This document shows, one piece after another, positions 57,079-64,000 of a DNA stretch of 64,000 nt. Every line of letters starts with the position of its first letter. Position 1 is the first letter of the stretch. The translations under genes were made by a program, and so were the position numbers. Source of the DNA: Piedraia hortae CBS 480.64 (taxonomy: Eukaryota); contig MU005966.1 in the NCBI GenBank assembly GCA_010093745.1, forward strand, positions 193,628 through 257,627. Reading direction: 5' to 3'. Below the pieces are notes generated by a model. The model had not been told where the DNA came from and did not search any database. It saw only the letters and a program-made list of their open reading frames with translations.

Positions 57079-58491
57079 ATGGCCGAAGATGCGGCGCGCC
57101 AGGTGATTGCTGGTCAACCTTCCAGTCGCTACAAGCACGTATTCGCCATACACACCAAAGTTCGCCCATCATGCCTCACACACACGCCCGATGCTGTAGC
57201 TCCTTCGTTTGTGGGTTTCCGCAATCTCATGGGGCTCATGCTGGTTGCATCGAATCTGCGCCTAATGCTGGAAAATTTCCGCAAATACGGCTTCCTCGTC
57301 ACGTTAAGCGGAGCACCGGTGCGGCCGGATGATTGGGCTTGGTTCGTGATCATGTACGCACTTACGCCCGCTTTTCTATTCGTTGCGTATGCTATTGAAG
57401 CTGCGGCAGCCGAGTATGCCCGGGGTATTGTTGGTGCACATAAACGAGAGGAAAAACACGAAGATGATGGTGCTCTGTTTTCCACCTGGGGCGTCGTAGC
57501 TATCTGCCACGCTTCAAATGCAACAATAATGCTGGGATTGGCCATTTATGTCGTGTACATGCGAATTCTCAACCCCAGCATCGCCATCTTCACAATCACC
57601 CATGCAATCATTGTGTGGCTCAAGGTCTCATCATACGCCTTTACCAACCGCGATCTACGTCATGCTTATGTCAACGGCCAGTCGGATGTCAACCTCCCCG
57701 AGCTCTATAAGCAATGTCCATATCCAAGGAACATTACGCTGCGAAACCTCTGTTACTTTTGGTGGGCACCGACGCTCGTATATCAACCTGTTTATCCCTC
57801 TGCGCCGGAGCGTCGCTGGGGCTTCATCGCCAAGCGTGCTTGTGAATTCTTGATTCTCAATGCGCTGATCCTTATTGCAGTCCAGCAATATGCTCTGCCA
57901 TTGTTGAGAAACAGCTTTGACGATGTTTCGCAGCTCAAGGTGATTAACGTGGTTGAACGGGTGCTAAAGCTATCTACAATCAGCTTGGTGTGCTGGCTAG
58001 CCGGGTTCTTTGCTATTTTCCAGAGCTTCCTGAACCTCTTGGCTGAGCTCTTGAAGTTTGGTGACCGCGAATTCTATAGTGATTGGTGGAACAGCGCTGA
58101 CCTACGCACCTATTGGACGAGTTGGAACAAGCCGGTGTCTCATTTTCTACGCAGACACGTCTACACACCCATGGTAGGACGGGGTGTACCGCGCAATTTG
58201 GCGCAGCTAATCACCTTCACTTTCTCGGGCCTGTTACATGAGGTGCTTGTTGGCGTCCCAACCCATAACGTGTTGGGTGTGGCTTTCCTGGGCATGCTGC
58301 TCCAGATTCCTCTCATCTACCTTACAGATCGCCTGTCTCGGGGAGAAAGGGGCCACAATGAAAAGCTGATGGGAAATTTGATATTCTGGATCAGCTTTTG
58401 CATTTTCGGTCAACCTTTAGCCGTGTTGATTTACTTTTGCGCCTGGCAGGCAAAATACGGCGGAGAAATCACAACGGTTGCTGTACAATAA
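57079..58491 (+). CDS. MBOAT acyltransferase, DGAT1/sterol O-acyltransferase type
   Basis: SFVGFRNL, YFWWAPTLVYQPVYP, FGDREFYSDWWNS, WNKPVSHFLRRHVY, catalytic LLHE. Confidence 0.92.
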   Translation: MAEDAARQVIAGQPSSRYKHVFAIHTKVRPSCLTHTPDAVAPSFVGFRNLMGLMLVASNLRLMLENFRKYGFLVTLSGAPVRPDDWAWFVIMYALTPAFLFVAYAIEAAAAEYARGIVGAHKREEKHEDDGALFSTWGVVAICHASNATIMLGLAIYVVYMRILNPSIAIFTITHAIIVWLKVSSYAFTNRDLRHAYVNGQSDVNLPELYKQCPYPRNITLRNLCYFWWAPTLVYQPVYPSAPERRWGFIAKRACEFLILNALILIAVQQYALPLLRNSFDDVSQLKVINVVERVLKLSTISLVCWLAGFFAIFQSFLNLLAELLKFGDREFYSDWWNSADLRTYWTSWNKPVSHFLRRHVYTPMVGRGVPRNLAQLITFTFSGLLHEVLVGVPTHNVLGVAFLGMLLQIPLIYLTDRLSRGERGHNEKLMGNLIFWISFCIFGQPLAVLIYFCAWQAKYGGEITTVAVQ

Positions 58492-58703
58492 ATGATACAT
58501 GCGTCTGCAGTGCAGTTTGACTGTGTTTTACGTTCATCTATAACTCTCCGATGTGGCCTTGTGGATCGACGGTGCGTCTTGGCGGCCGATGGCGGTAGGT
58601 GACACGACACGACGCTAAGCCTAAACGGACCAATTGACCTCGCAGCACCCACATGTTTTGAGATTGAGGCTTACCGTTGTGGTCTCTAGTAAAATTTCCA
58701 GCC

Positions 58704-60245
58704 ATGGACAGCCTTCAAAGCGGTGGCGGCAGCAATGCAGAAACTGCGCGACTGCGCAGTCGGCCGGGCCAGAGAAATGCGACAGACATTGGCACAACAT
58801 TCTGTCGATGGCTTCAGAATCCGCGGCGCGGCGAGGCAGAGAGACCATGGCCAAGCTTTGTTGTGGACATGAAGCCACCCTCGGGACGTAAGCAACAAGT
58901 GGCCGATACGATCCCGGCGCGGCTGCTGCATACCTCTTTCAACAAGCTAAAGCAACCTGTCAATGTTGTGCGCTGGACGCCAGATGGCAGACGATTGTTG
59001 ACAGGCTCGAGCAATGGCGAATTTACTTTATGGAACGGAACCAGCTTCAATTTTGAAACCATCATGCAGGCGCACGATGGTGGGATTCGTGCCATGACTT
59101 ACTCGCATAATAACGAATGGCTGCTGTCCGGGGACCAGAGCGGCTACATCAAGTACTGGCAAACTAATTTCAACGCTGTGCAGCAGCTGATCGCACATCC
59201 AAATACGGCAGTAAGGGACATCAGCTTTGCCCCAACCGATGCACGGTTCGTAACTGCTGGCGACGATGGCGTGTTGAGGATTTGGGATTTTACAAGTTAT
59301 GTGGCGATTTCAGAACTTATTGGCCATCAGTGGGACGTTAAGTGCGCGGATTGGCATCCGTCCAAAAGCTTGGTAGTGTCTGGCTCAAAAGATAATACGG
59401 TAAAACTCTGGGATCCACGTACGGCGACGAAGGCGTTGACCACCCTCCACAGCCACAAGAACTCCCTCACATCGGCCAAGTTCGAGCGGAACAATGGCGT
59501 TTTATTGGCTACATCCGCGCGGGAGCCAAACGCCCGTGTTTTTGATATCAGAATGATGAGGGATGTGCTCTTGCTCAGCAACGATACCAAAGAGGTGTCG
59601 ACGTTGGCTTGGCATCCGATCCACTCCTCGTTGCTCTCGACAGCTGGAAACGACGGTTCAATATCACACTACGCGCTGGACGAGCCAAACACGCCAGCCC
59701 AGGCCACGTCGACCTTGTCCCCATATGATGCGGAGAAGCAGCTGGATGCGGCCACTCAAAGTATCTGGCCAGCGCACAAGGTTGGGTTCGCACACGATTT
59801 CAATGTGTGGAGCTTAGACTGGCATCCCATGGGCCACGTCCTGGCGTCTGGAGGGAACGACCGAGCTACACGCTTCTGGACGCGCCCAAGGCCGGGCGAT
59901 ACATCATATCTAAACGACAAGTTCCACATCGGACAGGCGGCAGCAGAGGCCCAAGGCACGTGGAAGCGACATGATGCTCAGCGTCACGAAGAGGCCGAGG
60001 CAGAGGACCAGGCAGACTTTATTGAAGATCAGTCGAAGCAAACTATGCTGCCGGGATTGAGTAACATGGCTATGCTGCCAGGCCTTCCCCCACCAATGCC
60101 CGCGGAGCTGGATCTGGCCAAGATCCAGCAAGCCATAGCCAGCATCCCCGATGCGACGGCGTCGTCACGACGCATGCCTCTGCCCAGTCAACAGGAGAGT
60201 CTAAGGGAGGAAATGCGGCAGGGACGGTACACAAAGGCCCGGTAG
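58704..60245 (+). CDS. PFS2: Polyadenylation factor subunit Pfs2 (WDR33), WD40 protein
   Basis: VNVVRWTPDGRRLLTGSSNGEFTLWNGTSFNFETIMQAHD; WHPMGHVLASGGNDRATRFWTRPRPGD. Confidence 0.95.
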   Translation: MDSLQSGGGSNAETARLRSRPGQRNATDIGTTFCRWLQNPRRGEAERPWPSFVVDMKPPSGRKQQVADTIPARLLHTSFNKLKQPVNVVRWTPDGRRLLTGSSNGEFTLWNGTSFNFETIMQAHDGGIRAMTYSHNNEWLLSGDQSGYIKYWQTNFNAVQQLIAHPNTAVRDISFAPTDARFVTAGDDGVLRIWDFTSYVAISELIGHQWDVKCADWHPSKSLVVSGSKDNTVKLWDPRTATKALTTLHSHKNSLTSAKFERNNGVLLATSAREPNARVFDIRMMRDVLLLSNDTKEVSTLAWHPIHSSLLSTAGNDGSISHYALDEPNTPAQATSTLSPYDAEKQLDAATQSIWPAHKVGFAHDFNVWSLDWHPMGHVLASGGNDRATRFWTRPRPGDTSYLNDKFHIGQAAAEAQGTWKRHDAQRHEEAEAEDQADFIEDQSKQTMLPGLSNMAMLPGLPPPMPAELDLAKIQQAIASIPDATASSRRMPLPSQQESLREEMRQGRYTKAR

Positions 60246-60432
60246 GCTATGCGGGGGCAGGAAAACGGGGGAACGGGCTGGCGGGGCGGATGAACGGCCC
60301 ATGTAGCATTACGTAATGACACACCAATCTTAGCGCCAGACCCTACGGGCCGTGCACACGGGTGGGGGCGGGAGCGGCCGATGCGGAGAATTGCGTCACC
60401 GGTGACAGACTCGGACGGATTCACGAAAGCAC

Positions 60433-62937
60433 ATGGACGCGCCGCGCGCCATGGCCGTGTCGCAGCTGCCGACGCCGCCGCACTTTGATCGCAAGCGCGT
60501 TAAGGTGTATGAGCTGAGGAATAATGACTGGTGGGATCGCGGTACGGGTTTCTGTTCGGGCACGCTTTCCCAGGCAGCGCCGCCGCACTTCGACGCGCGC
60601 ATCGTAGTCAGCAGCGAGGACGAGCCGCAGCGGGTCCTGCTGGATACTGTCATCAACAGGGACGAGGGGTATCAGAAACAGACGGAAACGCTGATTGTAT
60701 GGCAAGAGCAGGACGGTCTGGACATGGCGCTGAGCTTCCAAGAGGCCGATGGCTGCGCCGCCATCTGGGACTTTATCAGCGAGATGCAGCAGAAGCTGAT
60801 GGCATACTTGGATGACGATGGCATGGATGACAATATGCTGGACCCGCTGCAGCTGCCGACGCTGCCGGAGCCGGTGTTGGGGCGGCTGTGCGACGTCGAG
60901 CGCGCCCTGCAGGCCGCCATGGGCTCCTCTGCGCACCGTGAGGCATTGGCCAAGTTTGTCATGAGCCCTGACCAAATGTATGTGTTGCGGCTGGTGCGTC
61001 TGGTCGAACGCGCCGAGCAGCAGGAGCGGCTGGCGGATCTGCACCAGCTGTGCGGCATCATGAAGCATCTCATTCTGTTGAACAACAACGCAATCATCGA
61101 GCATATTGTGTCGGATAAGGCCGTCATGGGCGTCGTTGGTGCGCTGGAATACGACCCAGACTTTCCCACGCACCGCGCGAACCACCGCCAGTTTCTGGCC
61201 GACCAGTCGCGCTTCAAGGAGGTGGTGCCGATAGACGACGCCGAGATCAGGCGCAAGATCCATGCCACTTACCGTCTGCTGTATCTCAAGGACGTCGTCT
61301 TGGCCCGTGTCCTCGACGACCCAACCTTCTCCGTGCTCAACAGCATTATATTCTTCAACCAAGTCGAGATATTGAACTACTTTCAGAGCAACGAATCGTA
61401 TCTGACTGACGTATTTGCCATTTTCGACAGCGCGGGCAATGAGTCCCGCAAGAAGGAGGCTGTGCTGTTCCTCCAGCAGTGTTGCAGTGCCAGCAAGAAC
61501 ATTGCCGCCCCGAACCGGGCCCAGCTGTACCAAAACTTCATCTCACACGGCGTCCTCAATGTTGTCAAGTTTGCTGTCGGCCACAATGACTCTGCCGTGC
61601 GAGTTGCGGGCTCCGACGTCCTTGTGTCTCTCATCGACCACGATCCCAATATGATCCGGAACGAGATGTTTCTGGCCATTCATGAAAACACAAAGCCGTT
61701 GACGGATACTCTGATTGATTTGTTCTTGGTGGAAACCGATCTGGGCGTCAAAACGCAAATGGCAGAGGCGGTCAAGGTTCTGCTCGACCCTGCAGTGGGC
61801 GGCATCATGACCGCTGCAGCTAACGGCGAACTGCCAACCAAGCGTGGCCAAAATTACATGGCTGTCTGCCAGCCAACGCCCCAAACAGAACAGTACATTC
61901 AGACGTTCTACGAATCTGGCGCAGCTGCCAGATTGTTCCGTCCCATCAAAGACTTGGCGCAGGGCGACACAAACCTGTCGACCTTCTCCATCAACCACCT
62001 GAACCTCTATGCACATCTCATCGACCTCCTAGCTTTCTTTTCCCGCGCTCACCGCCACATGTGTCGCACATTCGTCCTTACCTCCAACCTTCACCCTTGC
62101 ATTGCCAAGCTGCTCTACTGCAAGCACAAGTTTGTCCAGCTAGCAGCCATCCGCCACTTTCGCATGTGTATTGCGCTGAGCGACGAGTATCACAATCACG
62201 CTCTCAGGTCCATTGGCATTTTTGGCGAAATACTCGGGCTCATTGAAGGCCAGCCGCGGAACAACCTCGTCACGTCAGCCTGTCTGGAATTATTTGAGTG
62301 GCTACGAAGGGAGAGGCACGATCCCATGCCGCCGCAAGAGGAGAAAATTCTGATAAGGTTCCTCGTAGAGTCGTACCGGGATCGTTTCCAGAAGATCAAA
62401 TGGGTCCCAACTTTCAGGGGCTTGATATCTAAGTGGGAAAACATTTGCCGCAACGACTCTAACAACAACCTCCCCGACCACCTTTTACCTAACAGCAGCT
62501 TCAAGACTGACTCTGAGGACGAGAGCTTTCTGGACGACGAAGATTTGAGCTTTGAAGAGATAAATAAGATGGACGAAGGTAACGAGTGGAGAAATTTCCG
62601 CCTCGTTGAGCAAGCTGCACCGCAGACCGCCTCCCAGCAGCCAGCTACAAGCGTACAGATGGAAAGGACGCCCAAGAATAGCGACTACGAAGCCGAAAAT
62701 TGGAACCAGTCCACCGGTCCCTCACCACGACCTCTGGTTAACTATCCCCTCGACGATGAGGACGACGGGGACGACTATGACCAGCCAACGAGGAAGAAGG
62801 TTGTCCAACTCCCCAAGCGCTCATCCAGTAAGAGAAGAAGGGACGATCAGGGTGACGAGGACGGCCAAATCGGTTTGCTGCTGAAGAGAAGAAATTCGCA
62901 AAGTAGGCATGATAGGTTCGGAAGAGAGGATGGGTAG
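60433..62937 (+). CDS. PSY2: Protein phosphatase 4 regulatory subunit 3 (Psy2/SMK-1)
   Basis: RVKVYELRNNDWWDRGTGFC EVH1-like domain, DMALSFQEADGC, GALEYDPDFP, IHATYRLLYLKDVVLAR. Confidence 0.95.
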   Translation: MDAPRAMAVSQLPTPPHFDRKRVKVYELRNNDWWDRGTGFCSGTLSQAAPPHFDARIVVSSEDEPQRVLLDTVINRDEGYQKQTETLIVWQEQDGLDMALSFQEADGCAAIWDFISEMQQKLMAYLDDDGMDDNMLDPLQLPTLPEPVLGRLCDVERALQAAMGSSAHREALAKFVMSPDQMYVLRLVRLVERAEQQERLADLHQLCGIMKHLILLNNNAIIEHIVSDKAVMGVVGALEYDPDFPTHRANHRQFLADQSRFKEVVPIDDAEIRRKIHATYRLLYLKDVVLARVLDDPTFSVLNSIIFFNQVEILNYFQSNESYLTDVFAIFDSAGNESRKKEAVLFLQQCCSASKNIAAPNRAQLYQNFISHGVLNVVKFAVGHNDSAVRVAGSDVLVSLIDHDPNMIRNEMFLAIHENTKPLTDTLIDLFLVETDLGVKTQMAEAVKVLLDPAVGGIMTAAANGELPTKRGQNYMAVCQPTPQTEQYIQTFYESGAAARLFRPIKDLAQGDTNLSTFSINHLNLYAHLIDLLAFFSRAHRHMCRTFVLTSNLHPCIAKLLYCKHKFVQLAAIRHFRMCIALSDEYHNHALRSIGIFGEILGLIEGQPRNNLVTSACLELFEWLRRERHDPMPPQEEKILIRFLVESYRDRFQKIKWVPTFRGLISKWENICRNDSNNNLPDHLLPNSSFKTDSEDESFLDDEDLSFEEINKMDEGNEWRNFRLVEQAAPQTASQQPATSVQMERTPKNSDYEAENWNQSTGPSPRPLVNYPLDDEDDGDDYDQPTRKKVVQLPKRSSSKRRRDDQGDEDGQIGLLLKRRNSQSRHDRFGREDG

Positions 62938-63329
62938 TTATTCACTGTCGACACAATGGTCTGTGCAGGAGAATTATTTTTCTAGAAAACAGTTTGATAT
63001 GTCCAAAAGCCATGTCTTTAGAGCTATGCCGTGTTGACTTTGAAAATTTTTGAATCCACCCGCAAGAGATGTCGTAGCTTAACCATTACCTTACGAAAAC
63101 CAATCAGGACATGCTAAGATTCTCACAGTGGATGCCCTTAACTCGCCCACTAACTCCACGCCTCTCAACAAGACGCATTAGGTTAACCGCCTTCCCGCCC
63201 ATGAGCAAAAAAGGTCCACCGAACCACCTTCCTCATGAGTCCAACTCGGCCCACAACCTCAGCCCACATCAACAGTTTCAATCCACAGCATACCAACATC
63301 AAATCTTACGAAAAAAGCTCCCAACTTCA

Positions 63330-64000
63330 TCCCTAAGAGCGACCATTCTTCAGAACAGAAAAGTCACAACTGTTGTTGTGCCTCCTGATATACTTCAGGG
63401 CCGGCTTTGCGGAATGCCCATGAGAAATCACTCAGGATCATGGCTGGAGACGCAGTGTTCAAGGCCACGTGCAATGCTTTTCGATTGCTCAAGAATCCAA
63501 TTGAAATCTTCTTCAGTTTCTCCCAAGGCCGAGCAAAAGAAATGCAGTATGTGATGTTTACCGCTGTAGCCCCAACGATCTGGCAGAGCGGCATATCAAA
63601 CTGGTTCGCCCGAAAAATCCAATCAACATTGGGAAAAACAAATACGGCATAGACAAACCTTGCACGTTTTGTCAATCAACACAGGTCCAGGATGCTCCTG
63701 CTACATTTCAAGGCACCGGCGGAAGGTCCAGAGGACGCGGGTAATGCGCCCGTCGGTGCCACTGCCCGCTTTATACATAACACCATGCTGCTCACAATAT
63801 TTTTCCAGCTGCTCAAGGAACAGCTGGGTAGAAGTCAGCGGGCCAAACTTCTGGCAGCGAAGATTGGCCTGGATGTGTTGAACATCATCGACTGTTATGG
63901 GAATTGGACCAAGATTACCCTGGGCAGCTGCAGTTTGGATCGCTGGACCCGGCGGGGCCTGCTCTCTCCGGAAACACTCGGTGCCTGGGGCCGTTCCTTC
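63330..64000 (-). mobile_element. Mutator (MULE/Hop-like) transposase pseudogene, running off the right edge
   Basis: GRITRVLWTF...*QEHPGPVLIDKTCK[intron 63610-63658]ANQFDMPLCQIVG...ETEEDFNWILEQ...PAMILSDF...VYQEAQQQL matches the MULE core (DxTYKTN..MPL; E..EDF.W; TD; LC..H). TAG at 63701-63703 plus frameshifts. Confidence 0.85.

Noticed and set aside
60421..61533. 370-aa minus-strand ORF
   Set aside because: Antisense to PSY2; expected from GC-rich third codon positions.
1..64000. tRNA/rRNA genes, a secondary-metabolite cluster or a Starship captain recombinase
   Set aside because: No cloverleaf or rRNA signature, PKS/NRPS or DUF3435-like ORF was seen by eye; tRNAscan-SE and Infernal would be needed to exclude small RNAs.

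Overview
Eukaryotic DNA from a gene-dense filamentous ascomycete, judged from its short GT/GC-AG introns (mostly 43-58 nt) with CTAAC-type branch points and its fungal housekeeping orthologues; the species cannot be named from sequence alone. Positions ~8.7-63 kb hold about 22 host genes: MRN1/nrd1, a GH47 mannosidase, ALG8, ITC1, SGF73, TTI1, a RING-PH-vWA protein, an MFS transporter, STE14, a sugar O-acetyltransferase, an NSRP1-like protein, SRP72, MET2, a GFA/CENP-V protein, an orphan tail-anchored protein, NUM1/apsA, a Vps62-like protein, xylose reductase, Sec61-beta, a hypothetical protein, a DGAT1-type MBOAT, PFS2 and PSY2. There are three decayed DNA transposons: a CACTA/EnSpm-like element at ~0.7-8.6 kb and two Mutator-like relics at ~35-37.6 kb and 63.3-64 kb. 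The most striking signal is a 924-bp, ACGT-rich, intronless segment (1616-2539) that appears to be inserted in frame into the accessory gene of the CACTA-like element. It carries the 3' part of one foreign gene (possibly a TBP-like fold) and the start of a second, an arrangement suggesting captured viral DNA. Also notable are repeated sharp C-rich to G-rich strand-skew switches that ignore gene orientation, and an unusually high rate of GC donors and GAG acceptors. All gene models and splice sites were derived by hand; no database search was run.
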